From an uncultured bacterium (GTDB lineage Bacteria; Patescibacteriota; Gracilibacteria; UBA1369; PNNO01), in NCBI GenBank assembly GCA_963704705.1, contig OY969931.1:660001-692000 (forward strand): 32,000 nucleotides of DNA. The letters are read 5' to 3'. Below the pieces are notes generated by a model. That model saw nothing but the letters and a program-made list of their open reading frames with translations, was not told the DNA's origin and ran no database searches. Shown here in pieces: positions 1 to 9,927 of the stretch; within the stretch, counting starts at the first letter, position 1; each line of letters opens with the position of its first letter. The position numbers and the translations under genes were made by a program.

Positions 1-2
1 GA

Positions 3-2162
3 ACTATGTTTAAAAAAATGTTTGATGACGGTTTGATTTATAGAGGTGATAGAATTGTGAATTGGTGCCCAAGATGTGAATCAACACTCGCTGATGATGA
101 AGTTGATTATAAAGAAGCAAAAGAAAAGCTTTACTGGATTAAATATGGTCCTTTTAAAGTAGCAACAACAAGGCCTGAAACAATGCTTGGCGATACTGCG
201 ATAGCAGTTAATCCAAAAGATAAGAGATATAAAAAAGATATTGGAAAAAAATTTAAAATCCCTTATCCATTGGGCGAATTTGAAGTAACAATGGTTGCAG
301 ATAATGAAGTTGATATGGATTTTGGAACCGGTGCAGTAAAAGTTACTCCGGCTCACAGTTTTGCGGATTTTGAAATAGCAGGAAGAAATGGAATTGAATC
401 AAAATCTGTTATAAATGAGCAAGGCAAAATGATGAAAAATTGCGGTAAATATGCTGGAATGTCCGCTAAAGACTGCAGAAAAGAATATGTAAAAGATTTG
501 GAAAAAATGGGTCTTTTGGAAAAAGAAGAAGATTTCGACCATAATCTATCAATTTGTTATCGTTGTAAAACTCCGATTGAACCGTTAATTAGTAAACAAT
601 GGTTTGTTGCCGTTGATAAGCCGGTAATTAAACATGAAGGTAAAAAGAAATCAATTAAAGAAAGATCAATTGAAGTTGTTCGCAATGGAGAAATCGAAAT
701 AATCCCTGAAAGATTCGATAAAACTTATTATAACTGGATGGAAAACCTGCACGACTGGTGCATTTCTCGTCAGATTTGGTATGGGCATCAAGTTCCGGTT
801 TGGTATTGCCAGGATTGTGATGAAGAGATCGTTGAAGTTGATACCCCTAAAAAATGTACTAAATGTAAAGGTTCTAACCTAAAGCAAGATCCCGATACTT
901 TAGATACATGGTTTTCTTCAGGTTTATGGACTTTTTCAACACTTGGATGGCCTGATCAAACTGAAGATTTAAAATATTTCCACCCGACGAGTGTTTTGGA
1001 AACAGGTTATGATATTTTGTTTTTCTGGATTGCCAGAATGATAATAATGACAACTTACGGATTAGGAGAAGTTCCATTTAAACAGGTTTATCTGCATGGA
1101 TTAATTCGAACTCGTGATGGTCAGAAAATGTCTAAGTCAAAGCCTGAAACATGTATTAATCCGTTGGACATGATTGATCAGTACGGAACGGATGCTCTTC
1201 GTTTAAGCATGGTGATCGGTTCTACTCCTGGTAATGATTTGAGGCTTTATGAAGAGAAAATTGCAGGTTACAGAAATTTTGTTAATAAAATCTGGAATGC
1301 AGTTAGATTTTCATTGTTAAATGTTGATGAAAAAGCATTAAAAGAAGAATTTATTCCTAAAAAACACATCCAGTCGCCCGCTGATAAATGGATTCTTACA
1401 AAACTTCAGTATCTGATTAAAGATATCACTGATGATATGGATAAATATCACTTTAGTGAAGCCGGAAACAAAATTTATAATTTCACCTGGAGCGAACTTT
1501 GCGACTGGTATGTTGAATTTAGCAAAGGTGAACATTTGAATCCTAATGTTTTAGCTTTTGTAATTAAAAATTTATTAAAATTACTTCATCCTTTTATTCC
1601 TTTTGTTACAGAGGTTTTGTGGGAAAATCTGCATGGCGATAAAATGCTTATTTCAGAAGATTGGCCTGTTTTTGATAAAAGTATGATTTTTGCTAAAGAA
1701 GTTGAAAACATGGAACTTTTGCATCAGGTTATTTCAGACATAAGAAGTGCCAGAGCAGAGCATTCTGTTGATCCTGCAAAAGAAATTCATGCAGTTATTT
1801 ATGCAGGTAAATACACTGAGTTTTTAGAGCTTAAACGCGCACCTTTAATGAGAATGGCCAGAATAGGGGAGTTGGAAATATTTGAAAAAGGAGAAAAACT
1901 GGACCATGCGATTGCTCTATTAACAGGTAATCTTGAAATTTATCTGCCATTACATGAAATGATTGATATTGATAAAGAAAATAATCGATTAAACAAAGAA
2001 CTTGATAATTTAAAGAAATTTGAAAAAACCCTTAAATCAAAGCTTAACAATCAGGGATTTGTAAAAAATGCTCCTCCTGAAGTAATAGAGAAAGAACAAA
2101 AACGTTTAAGTGAAACATCAAGCGCAATTAAAAAAATTCAAGACAAACTGGTCGAAATTTAA
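3..2162 (+). CDS. valS: Valyl-tRNA synthetase, C-terminal ~720 aa (5' end outside window)
   Basis: Class I aaRS motifs: WCPRCESTLADDEV, TTRPETMLGDTAIAVNP, DTWFSSGLWTFSTLGWP, KMSKSKPE; anticodon-binding domain and C-terminal coiled coil (NRLNKELDNLKKFEKTLKSKLNNQGFVKNAPPEVIEKE). Confidence 0.96.
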   Translation, partial: TMFKKMFDDGLIYRGDRIVNWCPRCESTLADDEVDYKEAKEKLYWIKYGPFKVATTRPETMLGDTAIAVNPKDKRYKKDIGKKFKIPYPLGEFEVTMVADNEVDMDFGTGAVKVTPAHSFADFEIAGRNGIESKSVINEQGKMMKNCGKYAGMSAKDCRKEYVKDLEKMGLLEKEEDFDHNLSICYRCKTPIEPLISKQWFVAVDKPVIKHEGKKKSIKERSIEVVRNGEIEIIPERFDKTYYNWMENLHDWCISRQIWYGHQVPVWYCQDCDEEIVEVDTPKKCTKCKGSNLKQDPDTLDTWFSSGLWTFSTLGWPDQTEDLKYFHPTSVLETGYDILFFWIARMIIMTTYGLGEVPFKQVYLHGLIRTRDGQKMSKSKPETCINPLDMIDQYGTDALRLSMVIGSTPGNDLRLYEEKIAGYRNFVNKIWNAVRFSLLNVDEKALKEEFIPKKHIQSPADKWILTKLQYLIKDITDDMDKYHFSEAGNKIYNFTWSELCDWYVEFSKGEHLNPNVLAFVIKNLLKLLHPFIPFVTEVLWENLHGDKMLISEDWPVFDKSMIFAKEVENMELLHQVISDIRSARAEHSVDPAKEIHAVIYAGKYTEFLELKRAPLMRMARIGELEIFEKGEKLDHAIALLTGNLEIYLPLHEMIDIDKENNRLNKELDNLKKFEKTLKSKLNNQGFVKNAPPEVIEKEQKRLSETSSAIKKIQDKLVEI

Positions 2163-2200
2163 TATTTGTGGTATAATATATTGAAAATAAAAACAAAAAT

Positions 2201-3118
2201 ATGAATGAAAAAGCCCAGGGGCTTAAGGAAATTGAAAGTTTAATTGCTGCTGATAAGCTAAAGGAAGCTTATGATCTTTGTAATAAATTATTATTGAATT
2301 TTCCTGAAAGTTACAGGATAAGAAGACAAAAAGCAAAAATCGAAAAACTTGTATTTAAAAAGAATCTAAAATTGGTAAAAGGTGACATGGATAAGCTCAA
2401 ACCTTTGTGGAAAGAGAAAAAATATCTCGAAATAATAACAAAATTAAAAGAATTACAAAGATTTGTTCCGGGATATGCTGAACTTGAAAAGGAACTTGAA
2501 AAAGCCCAAAACTTACAGCTAAAAGAAAAATCCAAAGAGCAAAAAGACACACTGGCTCAATATTTGGATGCTGCAAAAAAATATATGGATGAAGCTAAAT
2601 ATCAGGACGCCATAACAACTTTGAAGCGGGTCTTACTTAAAATTCCTGACCACGAACAAGCTAAAATAATGCTTGCGAATGCTCGTGAAGCATATATTGA
2701 TCAGCAAATTAAAGATCGTGACTTTTTATTGAAGAGTGACAAGTTTGATGAAATAGCTGATTTTATTAAACATTTAAAAGCTGTTTATCCTGAATCGTCA
2801 AAGATTGATGCTTTGATAAAAAAGCTTTCAAAACGTGAAGAAATGGCAAGAAAATTTGATAAAATGGATTTTACCTATAAATCTTATGAAGAACTTTTGA
2901 CTTTATTTCAAATAAAAAAATATCAAACATGTATAAAAGGACTCGAAGAATTAATTGAAATTGAAAAAGATAATTTTAAAGCATTGGAATTGTTGAAATT
3001 AGCACGAAATGAATTCGATAAACAGCTTACCAAAGAAATTATTACAAAAATAAGAGAACTGCAAAAAAAATTCAGAAAACAAAAGAAAGAAATGCCGAAT
3101 GAATTTATCAGACTTTAA
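2201..3118 (+). CDS. TPR-like / helical-repeat protein of unknown function
   Basis: 305-aa ORF with repeated helical hairpins (e.g. AAKKYMDEAKYQDAITTLKRVLLKIPDHEQAKIMLANA) resembling TPR units. Confidence 0.6.
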   Translation: MNEKAQGLKEIESLIAADKLKEAYDLCNKLLLNFPESYRIRRQKAKIEKLVFKKNLKLVKGDMDKLKPLWKEKKYLEIITKLKELQRFVPGYAELEKELEKAQNLQLKEKSKEQKDTLAQYLDAAKKYMDEAKYQDAITTLKRVLLKIPDHEQAKIMLANAREAYIDQQIKDRDFLLKSDKFDEIADFIKHLKAVYPESSKIDALIKKLSKREEMARKFDKMDFTYKSYEELLTLFQIKKYQTCIKGLEELIEIEKDNFKALELLKLARNEFDKQLTKEIITKIRELQKKFRKQKKEMPNEFIRL

Positions 3119-3119
3119 A

Positions 3120-4190
3120 TTACTTCTTTTTTGCCAGTTTATATTGTTCACGACCAACACGCTCAAACTGCTTTTTATTCTTCAAATTAAGAATGATTGT
3201 AATTTTCTTAACCTGTCTTTGTTTAAGAACGTCGGTAATAATAGCTTCCTGAGATTTTGCTTTACCGTCTTTTAGAATATCTTCGATAATATCTGCTACT
3301 GTACCTTCTTTAAAGCCCCACTCTTTAAGTGCATAAATTCCTCTGCCGATTAATACAAACTGGTCGTGTCTGATTAATTCGTTATGAACAGCCTGAAGAT
3401 TAATTCTTTTATTATCAAATTTAAGTTCAGTGATTTTATTAACGATATCAATAAAATGCATTGGTTTTTTGTTCCTGTTTAGAACAAAATAAATTTTATC
3501 TCTTAAGGTTTTTGGATTGATATGTCTCCAGCTTGCAAGACCAATACCGTTTTCAACCGGCTTCAAACGTTTATCCAAAGTGAAAATAGAAATTACCTGT
3601 TGAAGTCTTGTTGCATCAAGTTCTTTAAAATGCTTTTTAAGTTCATCAAAAATTTTGCTATTAGATAGAATGTCAGTCTTTTTCTTTAATATATCTATTG
3701 TTTTGCTTGTAACTTGTTTGACATTAGTGTCGTTAATATCAGCAAATTTAATATATGGATGATAATTAATTGTATTTGGAATTCTGATTAAATCTTTATC
3801 TAAAGAAAGAGAAAGATTTATTGCATTCCTGTTAATTTCAACATCGCTTTTACTTAAAAGGTTTATTAATGATGAAAATAGGTTCTCATCAGTCATAATT
3901 CCGCCGTTTTCCTGTAAAAGATTTTTAATAAATTCATTCACTTGTTGGAGTTCAGTATTGCCTACGTTTCTTTGCAATTTTGTGAGCGCATTCTTTTCAA
4001 TTTGTCTAATTCGTTCTCTTGTTACGTTGAAGTGTTTTCCAATTTCTTCGAGGGTTGCACGGTATGTATTATCTAAATTGAACCGTCTTTTAATAACGTG
4101 TTTTTCCTTTTGTGAAAGCAGTATAAGTAGGTCTTGAACAATTTTCTGAGCGTTTTGAAAAGTTTTAACTGGAGTTTGAGACGTGTCCAT
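3120..4190 (-). CDS. Sigma-70 region 4-type HTH protein with C-terminal HARE-HTH-like domain
   Basis: N-terminal LLSQKEKHVIKRRFNLDNTYRATLEEIGKHFNVTRERIRQIEKNALTKL matches sigma region 4.2; C-terminal LRDKIYFVLNRNKKPMHFIDIVNKI...HDQFVLIGRGIYALKEWGF resembles HARE-HTH. No sigma region 2 visible. Confidence 0.78.
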   Translation of the reverse strand: MDTSQTPVKTFQNAQKIVQDLLILLSQKEKHVIKRRFNLDNTYRATLEEIGKHFNVTRERIRQIEKNALTKLQRNVGNTELQQVNEFIKNLLQENGGIMTDENLFSSLINLLSKSDVEINRNAINLSLSLDKDLIRIPNTINYHPYIKFADINDTNVKQVTSKTIDILKKKTDILSNSKIFDELKKHFKELDATRLQQVISIFTLDKRLKPVENGIGLASWRHINPKTLRDKIYFVLNRNKKPMHFIDIVNKITELKFDNKRINLQAVHNELIRHDQFVLIGRGIYALKEWGFKEGTVADIIEDILKDGKAKSQEAIITDVLKQRQVKKITIILNLKNKKQFERVGREQYKLAKKK

Positions 4191-4309
4191 ATTGCATATG
4201 AATTAAATAATAAATTGCAAATATATCAAGTTTGCATTTACTTTGCTATTATAGTTTAATCGAAATCTAAGGTGAAGAATTTGGGGTTTACTTATAATCC
4301 AAAGATTGT

Positions 4310-5002
4310 TTAGTTATTTACAATTGGTAATGAATGTAAAATATATCCGCTACAATATATAGTTTCAATTAGCTGATTGGTTTTTTTATAATCAATTTTC
4401 TTTCTTAGACAATTAATATGTACATCAACAGTATTTGTCATAAAATAAGCATTTCTATCCCATACGTTTTCTAAAATAATTTGTCTTGATAGTAGTATAT
4501 CTGTATTTCTCATTAAAAATTCCAATAATTGAAATTCTTTATTTCTAAGAAATTGTTTTTTCCCAAATCGTTCAACCTCACGTCTGTTAATATTTAAAAT
4601 AAGATCATGCACTTTTATTATATAATCGTGCTTTAATTTATTGTTTTTATTAATTATTTTTTTAATTTCATTTGCAAGGTATCTTGTTGGAATATCATAA
4701 GGATATATATATTTGGTATTTAATTTAATATTTTCTAATTCATTAATTTGTTTTTTGTTAATAAGTAAAAATAATGGTTTATTATAATCTATTTCTTTAA
4801 TGGCTTTAAGAATCGTATTATTATTTGACTCAGAAGAAGTTAATTTAAAAATTATACAATCATAATTATTATATAATAAACTGTCTTTATAATTCTCATG
4901 TAAGGATTTGTATTCACTTAGAATATTTTCGCAATTCAAATTTCTGCAAAGCAGTTCCGACAACATTCTATTTTCCGTGATAACAAGAGCATACATAGGC
5001 AT
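4310..5002 (-). CDS. OmpR-family winged-helix regulator with degenerate (pseudo-)receiver domain
   Basis: C-terminal FLRNKEFQLLEFLMRNTDILLSRQIILENVWD...TNTVDVHINCLRKKID...LIETIYCSGYIL is a typical OmpR wHTH; N-terminal half has receiver-like spacing but lacks canonical catalytic residues. Confidence 0.8.
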   Translation of the reverse strand: MPMYALVITENRMLSELLCRNLNCENILSEYKSLHENYKDSLLYNNYDCIIFKLTSSESNNNTILKAIKEIDYNKPLFLLINKKQINELENIKLNTKYIYPYDIPTRYLANEIKKIINKNNKLKHDYIIKVHDLILNINRREVERFGKKQFLRNKEFQLLEFLMRNTDILLSRQIILENVWDRNAYFMTNTVDVHINCLRKKIDYKKTNQLIETIYCSGYILHSLPIVNN

Positions 5003-5180
5003 TTAGTCAACAGCGAGTGAAATGATATATAATATTTTCAACTCAATAAAGGGCCTATTTTTAGATTAGGCTTTGTATAAAGAAAATTTTATTGAATTTT
5101 GTGTTGTAAATATTTCAACAACAGCTTTAAATTTTATAAAAAATTCATTACACTAGGGTAAATATTATTAACCTAATAAC

Positions 5181-5435
5181 ATGGATGAAGAGAATAAGAA
5201 AAAACTTCAAATAAAATTTGATTCAGCATTGGAAGCAGGCGTTTATAGTAATGCTGTTTCAGTTAGCGCGACCAATAATGAAATGATTTTAGATTTTGGT
5301 TATATTCTGCCAAATGTTACTCCTTCAACAATTAAAATTGTAAGTCGTGTGAATTTAACTCAAAAAACCGCAGAAAGTCTTTTGAAAATTTTATCTAATG
5401 CGGTTTTGGATATGAAAAATAAGCAAAAAGAATAA
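5181..5435 (+). CDS. DUF3467-like small protein
   Basis: 84 aa; pattern EAGVYSNAVSVSATNNEMILDFGYILPNVTPSTIKIVSRVNLTQKTAESLLKIL resembles DUF3467; overlaps dtd at TAATG. Confidence 0.65.
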   Translation: MDEENKKKLQIKFDSALEAGVYSNAVSVSATNNEMILDFGYILPNVTPSTIKIVSRVNLTQKTAESLLKILSNAVLDMKNKQKE

Positions 5436-5884
5436 TGAAAGCCTTAATTCAAAGAGTTTCCAAAGCGAAAGTAACAGTAGATAACACCATCACAGGCAAA
5501 ATTGATAAAGGTATTTTGATTTTTTTGGGTATAACGCACAATGATTCATCTGAAGATATTAATTATCTGGTTGATAAAATAATTAACTTAAGAATTTTTG
5601 AAAATGATGATAAACAAATGGACAAATCTGTTTTAGATATTAATGGCGGGTTACTTGTTATATCTCAATTTACTTTATATGGAAGTGTTAAAAAGGGCAG
5701 AAGACCTGATTTTACAAATGCTGCAAAACCAGATTCTGCTAAAGAATTATATGAAAAATTTATTGAAGAATGCCGAAAATCACAATTAAAAGTTGAAACA
5801 GGTATTTTTGCTGCAATGATGGATATAGAACTTGTTAATGACGGGCCCGTAACTTTTATGATTGACAGTCATGCGAACTTTTGA
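5435..5884 (+). CDS. dtd: D-aminoacyl-tRNA deacylase
   Basis: MKALIQRVSKAKVTV start, GGLLVISQFTLYG and NDGPVTFMIDS motifs of DTD. Confidence 0.95.
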   Translation: MKALIQRVSKAKVTVDNTITGKIDKGILIFLGITHNDSSEDINYLVDKIINLRIFENDDKQMDKSVLDINGGLLVISQFTLYGSVKKGRRPDFTNAAKPDSAKELYEKFIEECRKSQLKVETGIFAAMMDIELVNDGPVTFMIDSHANF

Positions 5885-5941
5885 TTTCAGTACATATTTT
5901 TTTTTGCTATTATAGATTTTGATTTTTAACATATATAAATA

Positions 5942-7321
5942 ATGAATGCTCAAAATGATTTAATGGAAAAGGTGGTTTCTTTATGTAAAAGGAGGGGATT
6001 CGTATTTCAGGGATCAGAAATATATGGCGGACTTGCAAATACATGGGATTTAGGACCTTTGGGAGCTGAACTTAAAAATAATATTCTTCAGGCCTGGTGG
6101 AAATTTTTTATTCATAGCAGAAGAGATATTGTTGGTATTGATGCAGCTATTTTCATGAATCCTAAGGTTTGGCAGGCTTCCGGTCATGTTGAAAATTTTA
6201 ATGATGCGCAGGTTGATTGCAAAGAATGTAAAAAAAGACACAGAGCAGACCATTTAATAGAAGACGCACTTGAAAATGTAAAAGTAGAAGGATTAAGTCC
6301 TGAAGATTTAAATACCTTAATAATTGAGAATAATATTAAATGTCCAAATTGCGGATCTAAAAATTTTACTGATGTAAGAACTTTTAATCTCTTGTTTCAA
6401 ACTTATATCGGTCCTGTAGCAAGTAATTCAGAGCCTGTTTATCTAAGAGGCGAAATTGCTCAGGGTATGTTCACAAATTTTAAAAATGTATTGGATACAA
6501 CTCGTAAAAAGCTTCCTTTTGGAATTGCTTCAGCCGGTAAAGCATTCAGAAATGAAATAACTCCTGGTAATTTTATATTCAGAACACTTGAATTCGATTT
6601 AATGGAGTTTGAATATTTTATTAGAGAAGAAGACTGGAAAGAAAAATTTGAATATTGGCTTTCAGAAATGAAAAAATGGCTTGATATTGTTGGTATTTCT
6701 AAAGAAAACACAAGAGTACGAGAACATACTAAAGATGAACTTTCTCACTATTCAAAACGAACAGTTGATATTGAATATAATACTCCTTTTGGATGGAAAG
6801 AATTATATGGTCTTGCATACAGAACTGATTTTGATTTGAAAAATCATATGGAAGCAAGCGGTAAAGATATGACTTATTTTGATCAGGAGACAGGTGAAAA
6901 ATTTATACCTCATGTTATTGAACCTACGTTTGGTTTAAGCAGAACAATTTTAATGGTACTTCTTGATTCTTATTCTGAAGAAGAAGTTGAAGGAGAAGCT
7001 CGCGTAGTACTTAAACTAAAACCGCAAATTGCACCTTATAAAGCAGCAATTTTACCATTAATGAAAAAACCTGAATTAGTAGAGATGGCTGATAAAGTTT
7101 TTGATATTCTTAAAGATAAATATGCACTGGATTATGATTTAACCGGAAGTATCGGTAAAAGATACCGTAGACAGGATGAAATAGGTACGCCATTTGCAAT
7201 TACAATCGACTATGATACTTTGGAAGATAATTCTGTAACTGTCCGGGACCGCGACACATTGAATCAGGACAGAATTAAAATTGAAGAACTTCAAGAATAT
7301 CTAGATAAAAAACTACAATAG
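5942..7321 (+). CDS. glyQS: Glycyl-tRNA synthetase (homodimeric class II type)
   Basis: MEKVVSLCKRRGFVFQGSEIYGGLANTWDLGPLGAELKNN, RGEIAQGMFTNFKNVL, FRNEITPGNFIFRTLEFDLMEFEYF, HVIEPTFGLSRTI. Confidence 0.96.
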   Translation: MNAQNDLMEKVVSLCKRRGFVFQGSEIYGGLANTWDLGPLGAELKNNILQAWWKFFIHSRRDIVGIDAAIFMNPKVWQASGHVENFNDAQVDCKECKKRHRADHLIEDALENVKVEGLSPEDLNTLIIENNIKCPNCGSKNFTDVRTFNLLFQTYIGPVASNSEPVYLRGEIAQGMFTNFKNVLDTTRKKLPFGIASAGKAFRNEITPGNFIFRTLEFDLMEFEYFIREEDWKEKFEYWLSEMKKWLDIVGISKENTRVREHTKDELSHYSKRTVDIEYNTPFGWKELYGLAYRTDFDLKNHMEASGKDMTYFDQETGEKFIPHVIEPTFGLSRTILMVLLDSYSEEEVEGEARVVLKLKPQIAPYKAAILPLMKKPELVEMADKVFDILKDKYALDYDLTGSIGKRYRRQDEIGTPFAITIDYDTLEDNSVTVRDRDTLNQDRIKIEELQEYLDKKLQ

Positions 7322-7350
7322 TTTTTTAAGTTTTAGAAAGGGTAAGGAAA

Positions 7351-7379
7351 TTGATATTTTCGCTTATTTGTGCTAAAAT
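7351..7379 (+). promoter_or_regulatory. Sigma70-like promoter upstream of the coupling ATPase operon
   Basis: TTGATA (7351-7356), 17-bp spacer, TAAAAT (7374-7379) preceded by extended -10 TGC; ATG at 7402. Confidence 0.6.
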
Positions 7380-7401
7380 ATAAAGAAATATAAATAAAAA
7401 C

Positions 7402-9927
7402 ATGACACAATTTATTTTACAACATCCTATTTGGAGCATAGCACTGCTACTTGTATTGATATTTGCCATTAAACACGGCATTTGGGTTTTTAGATACATA
7501 TTTGCTTTAAAATGGTCAAAAGACTTAGTTTACATGCGAATTACCCTACCTCGCGCTGATACTGCCAAAGACAAAGATAAGCAGGTTGAGAAAGATTTTA
7601 GGGAACTTATTGGTGTGATGGAACAATTTTATAGAAATATCCATGAAATACGTGAACTGAATATCTCTAATAAAATAAGAAATTTTATTTTTAATATGGA
7701 TGTAGTATCGTTTGAACTTGTTGCTCAAAATAAACAAGTTGAATTTTATGTAGTTACATACAAATATTATTATGATTTAGTTGAAAAACAAATTACTTCA
7801 TATTACAGCGATGCTGATATTCAAATAACAAAACCTTATGAAATTAATACAAAAGGTTCTATTTTGAGATGTTTTTATGCTTATTTGGCTAAGGAATTCT
7901 ATTATCCTATTAGAACTTATAAAAAAATTGAAAATGATCCATTAAATGATCTTACTAATGTTTTGTCCAAATTAGGTGATGAAGATAAAGCGGTATTTCA
8001 ATTCGTAATAAGTCCAAGATCAGACAGGTGGAGCAAAAAAGCTGAGAAAGCCGGCACTAAATTATTTCTTGGGAAAAAAGTTAAAGGCGGATTTTTAAGA
8101 ATTCCCATTTTGGGTTGGATCTTATCTTTATTTCAAGGATTGTTGTTTGGTTATGACAAAATGAAACAAAATATGAATACCGGCGCGCCGGAAGGAAGCC
8201 AATATGTTCGTATGCTTCAAACAAAAGAAGAAACCGCAAAAATGATCGGTGAAAAAGCTGAAAATGTTGGATTCGACACTTCAATAAGAATTTTAACTTC
8301 AAGTAAAACTTATGCACAGTCAACAGAAATAATGAATAACATGATATTGTCTCTGAATTTATTTAAATCAGTTGCAATGAACTATTTCCAGACCAGAAGA
8401 ATGATATTTATTGATAAATGGAATACAAAATTAATATTTCATGCTTTTAAAAACAGACTTCAAAAATTCATATTAATACCTGGAATAATATCTGAACGGC
8501 AAAGTATATTAACACCCGAGGAACTTGCTGGAATGTATCATTTCCCTAATTCAAGATATAATTACACACCAGTAATTAGATGGCTTGCTTATAAAGTATT
8601 GCCTGCACCAGTTGATTTACCTACTGAAGGTGTTTATCTGGGTAATAATGTATACAGAGGCGAAGTGCGAAAGGTTCATATATTAAGAGAAGACCGAACA
8701 AGACATCATTATGTAATTGGTAAATCCGGTTCAGGTAAATCTGCATTTATTAGTTTCATGGCACGTCAGGATATGTGGAATGGTGACGGTGTTTGTGTTA
8801 TTGATCCACATGGAGACCTTGTTGAAGATATATTAACTTTTGTTCCAAAAGAAAGAGCAAAAGATGTTATTGTATTTAATCCTTCTGATCAGGAGAGACC
8901 AATGGGTCTTAATATTCTTGAAACAAAGACTCCTGAAGAGCAGGATTTGGCTTCTTCACAGGCAACTGAAATTTTCATTAAACTGTTTGGTGATGAAATT
9001 TTCGGACCACGTATTCAGCATTATTTTAGAAATGCTTGTCTTACACTAATGGAAGACAAAGAAGAAGGTGCAACATTAATTGATGTGCCAAGAATGTTCG
9101 TTGATGATGACTTTATGAAATATAAAGTTAAAAAAGTGCGCAATCCGGTTGTACGATCTTTCTGGGAGCATGAATATGCGCATACTGGTGAACGTGAAAG
9201 ACAAGAAATGATTCCTTATTTCTCATCTAAATTCGGACCTTTTATTACAAATTCGATAATGCGTAATACAATCGGCCAAACAAAATCAGCGTTTAATTTC
9301 AGAGAAGTTATGGATAATCAGAAGATTTTGTTAATTAATCTTTCAAAAGGTAAAATTGGCGATTTAAACACTCAATTATTGGGATTGGTTGTTGTTGCAA
9401 GAATCCAGATGGCTGCAATGAGCCGTGCGGATATGCCCGAAGACCAGCGTAAAGATTTCTATTTATATGTGGATGAGTTCCAAAATTTTGCAACAGACAG
9501 TTTCTGTTCGATTCTTTCAGAAGCCAGAAAATACCATTTGTGTCTGATTATGGCGCATCAATATATTAAACAGCTGGTTAAAAAAGATAATGCTCAAATC
9601 CGTGACGCAGTATTTGGTAACGTTGGTACAATGATGTCCTTTAAAGTCGGTGCTGATGACGCTGAATACATGTCGAAAGAGTACGCTCCTGTATTAACTG
9701 AAGCTGATGTACTTGGTATTGCGAATTATAAAGCTTACATAAAATTAAATATTAATAATACAACCTCGCGGCCTTTTTCTTTGGAAACTATATGGGATCA
9801 AAGTAAAGCTAATAAAAAAATCGCTGAAATAGTTAAAGAATATTCCCGCATGAAATATGGCAGAAAGCGTGAATTTGTCGATCAGGAAATTGCAGCGAGA
9901 ATTGGAATTGATTTAAGCCAAGAATGA
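7402..9927 (+). CDS. TraG/VirD4/HerA-like ATPase (type IV coupling-protein-like) with N-terminal membrane segment
   Basis: N-terminal hydrophobic segment; Walker A HHYVIGKSGSGKSAFISFMARQD; CVIDPHGDLVEDIL; Walker B DFYLYVDEFQNFATDSF; sensor-like FGNVGTMMSFKVG. Confidence 0.85.
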   Translation: MTQFILQHPIWSIALLLVLIFAIKHGIWVFRYIFALKWSKDLVYMRITLPRADTAKDKDKQVEKDFRELIGVMEQFYRNIHEIRELNISNKIRNFIFNMDVVSFELVAQNKQVEFYVVTYKYYYDLVEKQITSYYSDADIQITKPYEINTKGSILRCFYAYLAKEFYYPIRTYKKIENDPLNDLTNVLSKLGDEDKAVFQFVISPRSDRWSKKAEKAGTKLFLGKKVKGGFLRIPILGWILSLFQGLLFGYDKMKQNMNTGAPEGSQYVRMLQTKEETAKMIGEKAENVGFDTSIRILTSSKTYAQSTEIMNNMILSLNLFKSVAMNYFQTRRMIFIDKWNTKLIFHAFKNRLQKFILIPGIISERQSILTPEELAGMYHFPNSRYNYTPVIRWLAYKVLPAPVDLPTEGVYLGNNVYRGEVRKVHILREDRTRHHYVIGKSGSGKSAFISFMARQDMWNGDGVCVIDPHGDLVEDILTFVPKERAKDVIVFNPSDQERPMGLNILETKTPEEQDLASSQATEIFIKLFGDEIFGPRIQHYFRNACLTLMEDKEEGATLIDVPRMFVDDDFMKYKVKKVRNPVVRSFWEHEYAHTGERERQEMIPYFSSKFGPFITNSIMRNTIGQTKSAFNFREVMDNQKILLINLSKGKIGDLNTQLLGLVVVARIQMAAMSRADMPEDQRKDFYLYVDEFQNFATDSFCSILSEARKYHLCLIMAHQYIKQLVKKDNAQIRDAVFGNVGTMMSFKVGADDAEYMSKEYAPVLTEADVLGIANYKAYIKLNINNTTSRPFSLETIWDQSKANKKIAEIVKEYSRMKYGRKREFVDQEIAARIGIDLSQE

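Noticed and set aside
81-2000. Small antisense ORFs within valS (81-356, 874-1077, 1338-1535)
   Set aside because: Fully inside a strongly supported gene on the other strand, with no recognisable domains; similar antisense ORFs elsewhere (e.g. 2311-2550, 8081-8323, 18759-18983, 23391-23600) were dropped for the same reason.
5020-5180. Riboswitch or attenuator in the 5003-5180 divergent intergenic region
   Set aside because: Only a weak GCCTA/TAGGC hairpin and a short GTTG/CAAC dyad are visible; no recognisable riboswitch core.
9925-9927. UGA recoding as in some candidate-phylum lineages
   Set aside because: The TGA at 9925-9927 ends the coupling ATPase at the expected ATGA overlap, and standard-code translations of all core genes are full length with normal TGG Trp codons.
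7402-9927. Integrated conjugative element
   Set aside because: Only a coupling-type ATPase is present; no relaxase, integrase, VirB4 or pilus genes, and flanks are housekeeping genes.
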